Positions 18,272 through 30,800 of a DNA stretch of 64,000 bases are shown here, in pieces. A program made the position numbers and the translations under genes. The stretch is from positions 2,112,001 through 2,176,000 of the forward strand of contig CBDFIQ010000002.1 in assembly GCA_965248195.1 (NCBI GenBank), given 5' to 3'. The notes below the pieces were generated by a model, which ran no database searches, was not told where the DNA came from, and saw only the letters and a list, made by a program, of their open reading frames with translations. This stretch comes from Longimicrobiales bacterium. GTDB lineage: Bacteria; Gemmatimonadota; Gemmatimonadetes; Longimicrobiales; Gaopeijiaceae. Position 1 is the stretch's first letter. Each line of letters starts with the position of its first letter.

Positions 18272-19807
18272 TCACCCCAACCGGGAGCGATCCAGTAGAC
18301 GGTATTGGATGGCCTCACCCACATGATGGACACCCAGGCGATCCGCCCCTTCCAAGTCGGCGATGGTCCTGGCGACCTTGAGCACCCGATCGTGTGCTCG
18401 GGCCGAGAGCCCCAGACGGGTCATGGCCTGTCCAAGAATCCGGGTGGACGCATCGTCCATGGCGCACCAACGCCGGATCTCTCGAGATCTCATGTGGCTG
18501 TTCGCCCCTATTTCGGGAGCGCGGCGAAAACGGTGGTGCTGCCGCTCACGGGCGGCGGTAACACGGGCCCGAACGGTGTCGCTCGGCTCCGCCGAACCAG
18601 CCGCCCTCAACTCTTCGACCGGGACGGCAGGTACCTCGATGTGGAGATCGATGCGGTCCAACAAGGGACCGGAGAGACGGGAACGATACCGCGCCACATG
18701 AGCCGGATCGCACGTACACCGGTCTCCCTCTGCGCCGTACAGCCCGCACGGACATGGGTTCATCGCGGCCGCAAGCATGAATCGCGCCGGATAGCGTAAC
18801 GTCGAGCGCGCCCGCGCGTGGGTCACGACACCGTCTTCCATCGGTTGCCGAAGCGCCTCCAGAACGGACCGCCGATACTCGGGGAGCTCGTCGAGGAACA
18901 GCACGCCGTGATGGGCAAGGCTCACCTCGCCGGGTCGGGGAATCGCTCCGCCACCGACAAGCCCCGCGTCGCTCGCGGTGTGATGGGGTGCCCGGAACGG
19001 ACGCTCCGCGACAAGTGTGCCCCCGGCCGGAACCAGCCCGGCCACCGAATGGACCTTCGTGAGGTCGATCGACTCGGCCACCGTGAGCGGAGGAAGGATC
19101 CCGGGAAGTCGCCGGGCCAGCATCGTCTTGCCGGATCCCGGGGGTCCGATCAACAGGAGGTTGTGGCCCCCGGCGGCGGCGATCTCGAGTGCCCGCTTCG
19201 CGAACTGCTGCCCACGCACGTCGGACAGATCGGGTTGCCGGGCCGGAGGACGCTCGAGGAGGCGGGCCATATCGAGCCGAGTCGGCCCAATCGGGCTCCC
19301 CCCTGAGAGATGTGCCAACACCTCTCCGAGCGTCTCGCCACCCAAGACCTGCACCCCGTCTACCGCGCCGGCCTCTCGGGCATTCGCCTTGGGTAGTAGA
19401 AGCGTCGTCACACCCCGGGCCTGGCACCCGGCGGCGATCGGCAGTGCCCCGCGAATCGGCCTCAGGCATCCATCCAGCCCGAGTTCCCCGACCAGGCAAA
19501 GGCCGTCTACGCGCTCTTGGGGCACCACGCCCGTGGCTAACAGAACTGCCACCGCAATGGGCAGGTCGAAGGCGCTGCCCTCCTTGGGCATGTCAGCGGG
19601 TGCGAGGTTGACGGTGATCCGCCGGTGAGGGACCGGATGGTCCACGTTGCTCAGGGCGGCGGTGACGCGTTCCCGACCCTCTCGAACCGCGCCATGGGGC
19701 AGGCCGACGACCACGAATGACGGGAGTCCCACCGAGATGTTGACCTCCACCGACACCGGATGGCTCTCGACACCGGCGACCGAAGCAGACCCGACCTGCG
19801 CCAGCAT
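18272..19807 (-). CDS. comM: YifB/ComM family Mg-chelatase-like AAA+ ATPase
   Basis: ITVNLAPAD..KEGSAFDL, GPPGSGKTM, PFRAPHH, GEVSLAHHGVLFLDE, AMNPCPCG, SGPLLDRID. Confidence 0.95.
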   Translation of the reverse strand: MLAQVGSASVAGVESHPVSVEVNISVGLPSFVVVGLPHGAVREGRERVTAALSNVDHPVPHRRITVNLAPADMPKEGSAFDLPIAVAVLLATGVVPQERVDGLCLVGELGLDGCLRPIRGALPIAAGCQARGVTTLLLPKANAREAGAVDGVQVLGGETLGEVLAHLSGGSPIGPTRLDMARLLERPPARQPDLSDVRGQQFAKRALEIAAAGGHNLLLIGPPGSGKTMLARRLPGILPPLTVAESIDLTKVHSVAGLVPAGGTLVAERPFRAPHHTASDAGLVGGGAIPRPGEVSLAHHGVLFLDELPEYRRSVLEALRQPMEDGVVTHARARSTLRYPARFMLAAAMNPCPCGLYGAEGDRCTCDPAHVARYRSRLSGPLLDRIDLHIEVPAVPVEELRAAGSAEPSDTVRARVTAARERQHHRFRRAPEIGANSHMRSREIRRWCAMDDASTRILGQAMTRLGLSARAHDRVLKVARTIADLEGADRLGVHHVGEAIQYRLLDRSRLG

Positions 19808-19975
19808 GGACTTCTCCCCCGTACGGGACACACGTCCCCGGAGGGGCACGTCGCCCTACGCTGATCGAGCTGGCGGGGCAGATCCATGCCGGGACGGGAC
19901 CCCTGGGGGGGGACCCAGCCGGAGCAGATCCGACGGCACGTGAAGCCAAGGGATCTGATCTGAGCCTTCACTGTC

Positions 19976-21676
19976 TCAGCTGAACAGCGGCGGCCTCCGC
20001 GTGTGGAAGTCGTTCGCGTCCTGCCAGGCCCTCGCCACCCTGAGCGTCTCAGCATCGGCCCAAAGCTGCCCGACGAAGACCGTGCTCACCGGTGTTCCAT
20101 CATCGTTGAAGCCGCTCGGCACAACCACGGCCGGGTGCCCGGTCAAATTGGTCATCAGCAGCTGGTCCGGGGCGCGCGTCGGCGTGATGAACACGTCGAT
20201 CCCTTCAAGCGCCGCCTCGAGCGCGCCCATGAGCATCGTACGGACTCGGTTGGCTTGGATGTACTCCACTGCCGGAATCATCCGGGCGACCCGGAACGAG
20301 TTGGGCCATGATCCGGGCGTCTGCCTGACGAGCAGATCGTCCCTACCACTCAGCGTCAGTTCGTCGAACGCGGCCGCCGCTTCCGCCAACAGGATGATTC
20401 GCAACGCGTCGAGCGGATAGTCCGAAGGAAGATCGATCGGCACCGGCTCGACTCCGAGCGAGCGGAGCGTCTCGAGCGCCGCCCGGTCGTGTCCAGTCGC
20501 GCGCTCAGCTTCGAAACCGCGGCCGAAGTACCCGACCCGGAGATCCGACAGCGGCCGTTCGGAGTCCCAGTTGAAGGGCGCCGTGCGTGCCGTGGGATCC
20601 CGGCCATCCGCCCCGTGGATGGCATTGAAGACCAGTGCACAGTCCTCCACGCTGCGGGCGATGGGACCCAGCTTGTCCATGCTCCATGAGAGTGCCATGG
20701 CGCCCGACCGGCTGACCCGCCCGTAGGTGGGCCGGAGCCCCGTCACGCCGCAACGCGTCGCCGGCGACACGATGGAGCCGAGCGTCTCACTGCCGATGGC
20801 GAAGCCCACGAGTCCGGCCGCGGTCGTCGCAGCCGAGCCTGCCGAAGAACCGCTCGAGCCCTGCTCGAGGTTCCAAGGGTTCCGGGTCCGGCCACCGTAC
20901 CAGTAGTCCCCCTGGGCGAGGGCGCCCAAGGTCAGCTTCGCCACCAGGATGGCGCCGGCCTCTTCGAGGCGACGCACCACGGTCGCGTCTTCCCCGATGA
21001 CCTGATCCTCGTACGGCTTGGCACCCCAGGTGGTGCGGAAACCCTCGGCCGCCAGCAGATCCTTGGCCCCCCACGGGATGCCGTGAAGTGGGCCGCGATA
21101 GGCGCCGCTCGCGATCTCACGATCCGCCCGGGCCGCATGCTCGAGCGCTCGATCGCTCATCAGTGTTATGACAGCCTCCAACGTCGGCCCGTGCCGTTCC
21201 AGCCGCTCCAGGTAGAGCGTGGTCAGCTCGGTCGAGCTCAGTTGCCGAGTCCGAATCAGCTCAGAAAGCTGGGTGACCGGCATGAACGCCAGGGTCTCCG
21301 GGTCCGCCGGCCGCCGCAGCCCGATGTTCCGCGTGAACCGGAACGGACGCGTCTCCGAAGGAAGGTCCCGTCCCGGAAGGGCCGGATCGAACTGGACCGC
21401 CGGCGGCACATGATTCGATACGGACACCTCACGCAGCGCCTCATACGCCTCCAGGTTCGAGTTCAGGTCCACGAGCATCATGTCGCGCTCCGCATCCGTG
21501 AAGTCGAGGCCAGCCACCGCCCCCGCGTCCGCTACGATCTCCGAGGTGATCTCCCCACGTGCCTGCATGTGTGCCCAGAGCACCCCCGGAAACACGGTCC
21601 CACCCAGACCCAGCGCGGACATATACGCCATGAATCCACGCCGGTCGACGGATGCGATATCTACGAGGATCTTCAT
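19976..21676 (-). CDS. Amidase signature family protein with twin-arginine-like N-terminus
   Basis: GPLHGIPWGAKD, GSSAGSA, GSETLGSI..P; DRRGFM near N-terminus. Confidence 0.92.
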   Translation of the reverse strand: MKILVDIASVDRRGFMAYMSALGLGGTVFPGVLWAHMQARGEITSEIVADAGAVAGLDFTDAERDMMLVDLNSNLEAYEALREVSVSNHVPPAVQFDPALPGRDLPSETRPFRFTRNIGLRRPADPETLAFMPVTQLSELIRTRQLSSTELTTLYLERLERHGPTLEAVITLMSDRALEHAARADREIASGAYRGPLHGIPWGAKDLLAAEGFRTTWGAKPYEDQVIGEDATVVRRLEEAGAILVAKLTLGALAQGDYWYGGRTRNPWNLEQGSSGSSAGSAATTAAGLVGFAIGSETLGSIVSPATRCGVTGLRPTYGRVSRSGAMALSWSMDKLGPIARSVEDCALVFNAIHGADGRDPTARTAPFNWDSERPLSDLRVGYFGRGFEAERATGHDRAALETLRSLGVEPVPIDLPSDYPLDALRIILLAEAAAAFDELTLSGRDDLLVRQTPGSWPNSFRVARMIPAVEYIQANRVRTMLMGALEAALEGIDVFITPTRAPDQLLMTNLTGHPAVVVPSGFNDDGTPVSTVFVGQLWADAETLRVARAWQDANDFHTRRPPLFS

Positions 21677-21803
21677 CGGTCCCTCGCGAGCCTTGAGGAA
21701 AGAGCGGTGGGCCGGTATGGTGCGCCCGTATAATGCCGCCACGCAAGTTCGCGCCGGGTGGGTCGACCGGTTCCTGGTCAAGAAATCAAGGTGGGAGCAC
21801 TAC

Positions 21804-22931
21804 ATGAACGTCGCCGTTCTCGGTGAAACACATCCTGGTGAAGACCGGGTCGCGCTGATTCCTTCGAGCGTGCCCAAGCTTGAAAAACTCGGGTGCGAGG
21901 TCACCGTGGTGTCCGGAGCCGGCCTTCCGTCCCACTTCTCGGACGAGGAGTACCGCGAGGCGGGGGCGACGATCGCGCCGGACGTGAGGGCGGCCGTGCA
22001 GGGCGCCGGAGTCGTCTTGAAGGTTCAAGCACCAACCGACGAAGAGATTGAAACGCTCCCCGAGGGTGTCGTGCTCATCTCGCTCCTCTCGCCACTCACA
22101 CAACCGGAGTTGATCGGCAAACTGGGCAACGCCAACGTCACGGCCTTCGCTTTGGAACTCATCCCGCGGATCACGCGTGCACAGAGCATGGACGTCCTTT
22201 CGTCTCAGGCCACGGTGGCCGGATACAAGGCGGTACTCACCGGCGCGGACGAACTCGCCAAGTTCCTGCCGATGTTCATGACCGCCGCCGGGACCATCCG
22301 CCCAGGGAAGGTCCTGATCCTCGGCGCTGGCGTGGCCGGGCTCCAGGCCATCGCCACCGCGCGGCGGCTGGGCGCCAAGGTAGAGGCCTTCGACGTGCGT
22401 CCCGCCGTGAAGGAGCAGATCGAAAGCTTGGGAGCCACGTTCCTCGAGACCGAAGAGGAGGTCGCCGGAGAAGGAGAGGGCGGCTACGCCAAGGAGCTCA
22501 GTGAAGAGCAGCACCAACGCGAGCTCGAGCTCATCGCCGCGCACATCGCCGATACCGACCTCGTCATCACCACCGCCCAGATCCCCGGCCGGCCTGCGCC
22601 TCGGCTCATCACCGAAGAGATGGTGGACTCCATGCACCCCGGATCGGTGATCGTGGATCTCGCCGCGTCCTCCGGGGGCAACTGTGCCGTCACCCGCGAG
22701 GGCGAGACCGTCGAACGAAACGGAGTCAAAGTGATGGGCCCCGCCAACCTACCCGCCGAGATCCCAACGCACGCGAGCCAGATGTTCTCGAAGAACGTCG
22801 AGACGCTCCTCAAGGAGCTCGTCGCTGAGGGTGAGCTTTCGCTCGACTTCGAGGACGAGATCGTCGCTGGCACGTGCGTGACGCACGGCGGTGAAGTGCG
22901 GCACGGCCCGACGAAGGAGAAGCTCGGCTAA
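21804..22931 (+). CDS. pntAA: NAD(P) transhydrogenase alpha subunit part 1 (soluble dI)
   Basis: PRITRAQSMDVLSSQ, GAGVAGLQAIATA, GEGGYAKE, TTAQIPG. Confidence 0.95.
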   Translation: MNVAVLGETHPGEDRVALIPSSVPKLEKLGCEVTVVSGAGLPSHFSDEEYREAGATIAPDVRAAVQGAGVVLKVQAPTDEEIETLPEGVVLISLLSPLTQPELIGKLGNANVTAFALELIPRITRAQSMDVLSSQATVAGYKAVLTGADELAKFLPMFMTAAGTIRPGKVLILGAGVAGLQAIATARRLGAKVEAFDVRPAVKEQIESLGATFLETEEEVAGEGEGGYAKELSEEQHQRELELIAAHIADTDLVITTAQIPGRPAPRLITEEMVDSMHPGSVIVDLAASSGGNCAVTREGETVERNGVKVMGPANLPAEIPTHASQMFSKNVETLLKELVAEGELSLDFEDEIVAGTCVTHGGEVRHGPTKEKLG

Positions 22932-22949
22932 GGAGAAGCTCGGCTAAGG
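22914..22949 (+). repeat. 16-bp exact tandem duplication across the pntAA stop codon
   Basis: AAGGAGAAGCTCGGCT at 22914-22929 and 22930-22945, then AAGG. Confidence 0.9.
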
Positions 22950-22985
22950 TACGTTCAGAACCCGCCGCCGCCTCAACCCTCCCCT

Positions 22986-23014
22986 TTGCCAATCTCTCCC
23001 CCGACCCATAGCCT
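22986..23014 (+). promoter_or_regulatory. Putative sigma70 promoter for the serine hydrolase gene
   Basis: TTGCCA, 17-bp spacer, TAGCCT. Confidence 0.5.
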
Positions 23015-23101
23015 AAAGCAACACACGAAGAGCAGCAGCCCCGGGACCGACCCACGTCGCTCCCGTGGCACATCCAGTTCCGCCACCGACCGGAGCCGAC
23101 C

Positions 23102-24373
23102 ATGACCCGCGCACTCCCCCACCGAGCCCGCACGATCTCCCTCTTCGCCGCCGCGCTGATGCTGCTACCCTCCGCGATCGCGGCTCAATACGTCCCCGCT
23201 CGGGGAGACGGGTGGGAGACGCGACGGCCCGCAGAGGTAGGGATGAGTGAGTCCGGAGTACAGGCGGCCGTGCAATTCGCCTTGGCTCACGAGACCTCTG
23301 TGCCGCGAGACCAGGAGTGGAGCCAGAGCCAGAGTTTCGGCCGCCGCGAGCCGTTCGGTTTCGCCGTCGGTCCCTTCAAAGTCCGTAGTGGCGCGGCCGG
23401 GGTGATCGTACGGCACGGATACATCGTCGCCGAGTGGGGCGATACGCGTAGCGTGGACATGACGCACAGCGTGGTGAAGTCCTTCCTGTCCACCACCGTC
23501 GGACTGGCGGTTCAAGACGGCCTTATCGGCTCGATCGACGACCTGGCCCGAGACTACATGGCGCCGGTGGATCTTCCTGCTGGGGACGGCGAGCCGGGCA
23601 TCGACCGGGTTGCCTTCGGCGGGCCCGATGTCACGACCCTTTTCAACACGGAGCACAACCGTCAGATCACCTGGAGACACCTTCTCACCCAAAGTTCGGA
23701 CTGGGAAGGAACACTTTGGGGTAAGCCGGATTGGGCGGACCGGCCCGATGACGATCCCTCGACCTGGACCACCCGTGCGCGGCGGACTCCGGGCACGCGA
23801 TACGAGTACAACGACACCCGTGTGAATCTGCTAGCTCTTTTAACGACAAGCGTTTGGCGCGAACCGCTCCCGCAGATTCTCAAGGAGCGAGTCATGGATC
23901 CCATTGGTGCGTCACCGACCTGGCGCTGGTACGGCTATGAAAACTCGTGGATCACCCTCGACGGTCGGCAGGTACAGGCCGTGAGCGGAGGCGGGCATTG
24001 GGGTGGGGGCATGTTCATTCACGCACGGGACCAGGCACGCTTCGGGTTATTCACCCTTCGGAAAGGACGCTGGGGTGATCTGCAGCTCGTGGACGAAAAG
24101 TGGTTCGACATGGCCGTGACACCGTCCGACGCGAACCCGACGTACGGGTTCATGAACCACTTTCTGAATGTGCCCAACGCGGAGGGCCGGAAGGGTTATC
24201 CGAGCGCGCCCCGTACAGCATACTCACACCGCGGCAACGGCACCAACTTGGTCTACGTGGATCAGGAAAACGATCTGGTCGTGGTGGCACGTTGGATCCC
24301 CGGCGGGGACATCGACGAGCTCTTGAGCTTGGTCATCGGCTCGATCCAGAGGACGGCGGAGGGCGGGTCCTGA
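23102..24373 (+). CDS. Secreted serine hydrolase (beta-lactamase-related family)
   Basis: Signal peptide, SxxK (SVVK), ITWRHLLTQ, PG..YEYND, PIG, GGM...ARDQARFG. Confidence 0.87.
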   Translation: MTRALPHRARTISLFAAALMLLPSAIAAQYVPARGDGWETRRPAEVGMSESGVQAAVQFALAHETSVPRDQEWSQSQSFGRREPFGFAVGPFKVRSGAAGVIVRHGYIVAEWGDTRSVDMTHSVVKSFLSTTVGLAVQDGLIGSIDDLARDYMAPVDLPAGDGEPGIDRVAFGGPDVTTLFNTEHNRQITWRHLLTQSSDWEGTLWGKPDWADRPDDDPSTWTTRARRTPGTRYEYNDTRVNLLALLTTSVWREPLPQILKERVMDPIGASPTWRWYGYENSWITLDGRQVQAVSGGGHWGGGMFIHARDQARFGLFTLRKGRWGDLQLVDEKWFDMAVTPSDANPTYGFMNHFLNVPNAEGRKGYPSAPRTAYSHRGNGTNLVYVDQENDLVVVARWIPGGDIDELLSLVIGSIQRTAEGGS

Positions 24374-24406
24374 CCCGGATCAGCCTCAGCAGACCCACCC
24401 AAGGCG

Positions 24407-25090
24407 TCACACGCTGACGGTCGCGGGCTCTTGTTCCTGTTTCATCATCCCCCACGCGGTCGAAACGGCGAGGAACGCCCAGAGAAGATCGAAGGGGCCC
24501 ATCTGCGCTGTCACGCGTCCCAGAAGCCCGACCTGAGCGAACGCGAATCCGGTAAACTGTTCGGCCAAGCCCATACGCTCGTCCTCGGTGAGCGTCCCAA
24601 GGTGCGTCGAGCCTGCAGAGACCATCTGCTCCCACAAGGCGTCGGAAATCGTGTCTCCATCGGGAATGGCGTCGTACCTCGCCTGGACGTCCTTCGGAAA
24701 GCCCCCGTTGAACTGCAGATCCAGGGTCACAGCCTGGACCATGAGTTCTTCGTCGGCCAGCACGTCGGCGAGGGTGCTGTTCCCAAGGACGAACTCTCCG
24801 ATGAGGACCCGAGCGATCAATAGGCCTACAAGGGCCAAGGCCGCCGCGGATCCGGCCGCCACCGTGTCCCTACGCGCGGTGGTGTGGGCCATGCCGAAGC
24901 CCACCAGACCTCCGAGCGCCCACGCGGCGTACCCGATCTCGTAGCCGGTCAGGGCCGTAATCATGGTCCACCCGATGCCACCGACAAGCGCGGCGCCGAG
25001 GCCGGCGAGCATCGCCGGAAAAATAGATTGGGAGGGTGCTACGGGCGCAATCTCGACCGCCCGATAAGTCTCAAGTGATTCCTGGTCCAC
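24407..25090 (-). CDS. Hypothetical membrane protein
   Basis: 3-4 hydrophobic segments, GYEIGYAAW; AGGAGG upstream of GTG. Confidence 0.75.
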   Translation of the reverse strand: MDQESLETYRAVEIAPVAPSQSIFPAMLAGLGAALVGGIGWTMITALTGYEIGYAAWALGGLVGFGMAHTTARRDTVAAGSAAALALVGLLIARVLIGEFVLGNSTLADVLADEELMVQAVTLDLQFNGGFPKDVQARYDAIPDGDTISDALWEQMVSAGSTHLGTLTEDERMGLAEQFTGFAFAQVGLLGRVTAQMGPFDLLWAFLAVSTAWGMMKQEQEPATVSV

Positions 25091-25345
25091 GGTCGACCTC
25101 CTCTGAACGGGACAGGTCGGTGGTAGACTCGACAGCCAACGACCGACACGGAGACAGAGAGCGGTCGGCGCAATCCGTCCTTTTCGACGCTAAAACGCGT
25201 ATTCGTTGGAGGGCAACACATTTTTTCGGCAAGCATCCGATGCGTGTGGCGAGTTGGCGCATCCGGAGAACCTGACTAGGTTCCCCGGCATTCACCACAG
25301 CGGTTTTCCGCCGAGCCAGCGCTTACACCGAAATGGAGGAATCTG

Positions 25346-25624
25346 ATGGGCGAGATGGTCGTGGGACTGTACGTCTTCGTCCTCGCCACCCTCACCGGCC
25401 GGGAGGTCATCACCAAGGTGCCCCCGACCCTGCATACGCCCCTGATGTCGGGCGCCAACGCCATTTCTGGAATCGCGGTCGTCGGAGCCCTGGTGGTTTC
25501 AGCGCAGGTCGATTCCGGGATTGCGCGGGTCCTGGGAATCACCGCCATCGTGATGGCGATGGTCAATGTGGTCGGGGGCTTCATGGTCACCGATCGCATG
25601 CTCGAAATGTTCAAAAAGAAATAG
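25346..25624 (+). CDS. pntAB: NAD(P) transhydrogenase alpha subunit part 2 (membrane)
   Basis: VPPTLHTPLMSGANAISG, NVVGGF.VTDRML.MF; GGAGG RBS. Confidence 0.95.
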   Translation: MGEMVVGLYVFVLATLTGREVITKVPPTLHTPLMSGANAISGIAVVGALVVSAQVDSGIARVLGITAIVMAMVNVVGGFMVTDRMLEMFKKK

Positions 25625-25647
25625 CGGCCACTCAGAGGAGCTTATCC

Positions 25648-27051
<1,404 letters not shown>

Positions 27052-27085
27052 CCCCTCCGAAGGGGAGGCGGGCTGGCGTTCAAGA

Positions 27086-27715
27086 TCAGCCGGGCTTGCC
27101 CTCGGCTGCCCACTCCCTTTCGAGCGCATCTAGTTGCTCTTCGACCTCCGCCACGAGCTTCGCGGTAGGAACGGTCGAGACACCACTCGCGTGGAAGAGG
27201 GCGAAAAAGAGACCGTCCGTGTGGCCGATGCTCGCATGCGTCACACCACTATCCAGAAAGCGGTTCAGCCGAAGCGCGTCGGAGAGTGAGAGCGCGGCTC
27301 CGTACCTCGCGGGCGGGGCCTGGAAGAGTATCCGCACGACCGCCTCACGCACGATCTGGAACTCTTCAACGATGTCGCCTGCGGCCAAACCCCTCTTGGC
27401 ACCGAGCGCCCCATAAAGTTCCGCTGCGCTCTTCCACACGGGGTCCACCGCAGATCGCCGGTGATCAAGAGCCCCCGGGATCATCTGCGTGAGGAGGTTG
27501 AGAAACCGTTCGAGAACACGCTCCATTTCCTGATCCATACCGACCCGATGCAATATTTCCTCGAACCAGTATCTCGCTAGAAATCCTCGCTGGACCTCGA
27601 GCCAATCTCCGAGGTGATGAGTTTCTGGAGCGGGATGAGTGCTGGGAGACGGATACGTACTTCTTGCGGGAGACTGGGAGGATCGGATCTCGGCGGGCTG
27701 AGCGAAATCCCTCAT
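27086..27715 (-). CDS. Hypothetical protein, RsbRD N-terminal (globin-like) domain-like
   Basis: Helical ORF with YG...A.RGLAAGDIVEEFQIVRE pattern; family call tentative. Confidence 0.6.
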   Translation of the reverse strand: MRDFAQPAEIRSSQSPARSTYPSPSTHPAPETHHLGDWLEVQRGFLARYWFEEILHRVGMDQEMERVLERFLNLLTQMIPGALDHRRSAVDPVWKSAAELYGALGAKRGLAAGDIVEEFQIVREAVVRILFQAPPARYGAALSLSDALRLNRFLDSGVTHASIGHTDGLFFALFHASGVSTVPTAKLVAEVEEQLDALEREWAAEGKPG

Positions 27716-27804
27716 GTCACTCCATATGGAGGGAAAGGGTCTCCTGCGCGAACGCCTTAAGTTGGGTCATCGGGCCCCATATCGCCAGAGTATGGATTCC
27801 CGTC

Positions 27805-30800
27805 CTAGGAGTCATCCTCACTTTCGGAGTCGTCCTCACTTTGGGAGCCATCCTCACTCCCCCCCCGCTCACCGTCCGTCCACGGCCTCAGCTGCAGGCG
27901 GATCACGGTGCCCTCCCCGCGGTCCACCTCGGCGGCCACCGTACCATCCCACGATTCCACCAACTTGCGAACGATGGCGAGGCCGAGTCCGGTGCCGGTC
28001 GAACGGGTACTGAACTGCGGCTCGAAGATCCTTCCCATGAGGTCGACCGGTATGCCGGCGCCGTCATCCCGGACCCGAACTTCCACGGCGTTCGGCACTG
28101 ACACCGCTTCGATGACCACGCTTCCGTTTCCCTCGATCGCCGCCCGCGCATTCTCGAGCAGGTTGCTCAAGACCTCCTTGAGTTCGGTCTCACGGGCGCT
28201 GATCCGGGGCAGGTCCTCGGGGATGTCGGCGGCGAATTCGATGGGCCCGCCCTCGCCTCCCCGATACAGCGTGAGCAGCTCCCGCGCCACGGCGCCCACG
28301 TCCACGGGCTCGAGCGGCACCTTGCCAGCTGCCGCGGCGGGTGCGCCGAATCGTGAAAATCCCCTCGCGATTTCGGCGAGCCGGTCGATCTCCTTCAGGA
28401 TGGCCCCGACGTTACGCTCCAGAACGGTCTCGAACTCCCCCTTCTGGTCCTTCCAGGCCCTTCGGATGTGCTGTACGCTGAGCTTGATCGGAGTGAGTGG
28501 GTTCTTCACTTCGTGTGCAACTTGGCGCGCCATCTCACCCCAGGCGAGAATCCGCTCGGTCCGCAGTTCATCGGTGATATCCTCGAGGGAAAGGACGATG
28601 CCCCCGGGCTCCTGCCGTGAGACTTCACGGGCGCGTACCCGAATGCGACGGTCCCCCCATTGAAACTCGACCGTAGCTTCGCGAAGCCCGTCTCGCATAC
28701 ACCCCTCGACCCACTCGACGAACTCGCCTCTCGGGCCCTCGAACCGGGGCATGGGCTCACCAACCTGCATCCGTCCCTCCAGCACGGCCTGAGCCCTCGC
28801 GTTCACCAGAATCACGCGGCCCAAGGCATCCAGTGCCACGACCCCAGTCGCCGCATCCTCGACGATTGCCTCCGTACGCCTCGTCGTTCTGACGAGTGCC
28901 CGCCGCGCTCGTTGGAGACGCAACACCATACGGTTGAAAGCCGTGAAGACGGACCCGAACTCATCCGCCCGGTCACTGGGTAGCTGTAGTTTCAGATTGC
29001 CCCCGCCCACGCTCTCGGATGCCACCTGGAGCGTGCGCATCGGGCTGGTGAGGGTACGGCCGACCAGGAAGGCGAGACCCAGGGACAGCCCCGCACCGAG
29101 CAACACCACGAAGGCGATCAACTCGAGGATCTCACGCTGCCTCAACGTGGTCGCACCGGCCTGAAGCGGCACCTGCGTAGCCACCACGTCCCCGTCCGGA
29201 AGCCTTCGGAAGGCCATCAAATACTGGCGCCGTCCGAGGTTCCCAAGCGTGGTCTCGAGGAGCTCTTCCCGGCTCTCGATCCGCTGATTCAACTCGAAGG
29301 GAATCAGCCCATTGTACAGGCCGAGTTCCACGAGGTCGTCCACCGACCCGCCGCGCAGCTCTCCCGCTCGATACTCCAGAAGGTCCGCGCCCACGCGACC
29401 GGACAGCAGCGTCATCGAGCCCTGTACGTCGCGGTAGAAGGCGGCCGCATCCGCCGCGACACGCCCCGCGATCGCGGCGGCCGTTCTCACGGTGGCTCCG
29501 TTCAGCGTCCGGAACGCGAGGGTGCCGAAGAGGGTGGCAGACACGAGGAAGAATCCGAAGAGCGCCACCGTGACTCTGGCACGAAAGGATGAGAACGGGT
29601 TCCTCCACGTTCGGACGGTGGGGCGCCGCCCGACGAGCACATACTGGCCCAAGGCCCACAAAAGAAGAATCGCCAGTCCATTGCCGAGCACCAGAAGAGT
29701 CCCTCGCGCCACAGCCAGTAGCGGCCTCGGCAGATCCAGGGCGTATTGGGCGTCGACCGCCCCATCGGGATAGGGCACGCCTACGGTGGCCTCCCATCCC
29801 TCGGCGGTGCGCCGCCAGACCGTCTCTTCGGAAAACGTCGCCTCGTCACCTTCCAGAACCGGAACCATGGTGAGCGGACTCTCGCTCAAGGCGGTCAAAG
29901 TGCCGAAAATCGGGCCGAATGGCGAGGAGTTCGAGAGTTCCCTTCGGGCCGGCAAGACGCCCGTGAGCACGCGCCCGTTAGCCAGCGGGATTTGAACCAC
30001 GTAGTTCGCGTCACCGAGGCCGAGACGCCGAACGAGGGCAGGCTCACCTTGCCGGGCCTCCTCGAGAAAATCGTCGGCGGGGCCGGGGCGTCCACCCTCC
30101 ACACCGATTGTGATCTCGAATTCCGGAAGATCCCCGGCCGACCAAAGCGTGAGCCACACACCGGTTCCCTCCTCGGCCAAACCGCTCATGATCCAGCTCT
30201 CGTAGAGAAGCTCCGCCGACTCCGCGCCTGCCGCATCGAGCGAATCGGCCGTATCCACGAAGCGGTGTAGCACGTACTCGAGGTAGGGATCCGCCGGAAT
30301 ACCCAGGCGCGCTAATTGAAGCTCGGCCTCGTCCATCCGGGCGTCTATGCGGGCTCCCCAAGCCGTCACGACGGCCGCGGAGGACCCGATCGCCGCCGCT
30401 GCGCACCAGGCCATCCAGTCGCGACGCCTTCCTCGGACGCATGACAGCCCGTAGGCGGCCAGAAGCGCCGGCAACGCCCAGGCCCCGGTCACCCATCCGG
30501 GGATCGTTCCGGCCATCCGAACCCAGAAGGCTCCCGCAAGGCAGAGCACCACGAGCGTTGCGATGGCCAACGTGAGGGGGATCCGTGGAGGGGCTCCGCC
30601 ATCGGTGCGCTCCCCGATTCGAAACGCACCGAGACAAACGAGTGTGAGTACGAGACCCAAGCCCATCTGATAGACGACCCATTTCCCCTCCGCACCCGCC
30701 AGCAGCACGGGACCCGCACCGCCCAGGATCAGCGTCGACAGAAGTGGAAATCCGATCAGCACCGCGAGCCCAGACGCCAGCGACCGGAACCGGATCGCCG

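Noticed and set aside
12679..19807. Anti-phage defence island (SLOG + kinase + HNH + ATPase)
   Set aside because: Each gene belongs to a common non-defence family, they are separated by gaps of 90-500 bp, and nothing shows conserved linkage; not supportable from sequence alone.
21480..21803. N-terminal extension of pntAA in the ORF track
   Set aside because: Overlaps the divergent amidase; homology starts at ATG 21804.
25333..25647. Apparent long pntB N-terminus or pntAB-pntB fusion
   Set aside because: pntAB is a separate frame with its own RBS and stop; pntB starts at 25648 after GAGGAG.
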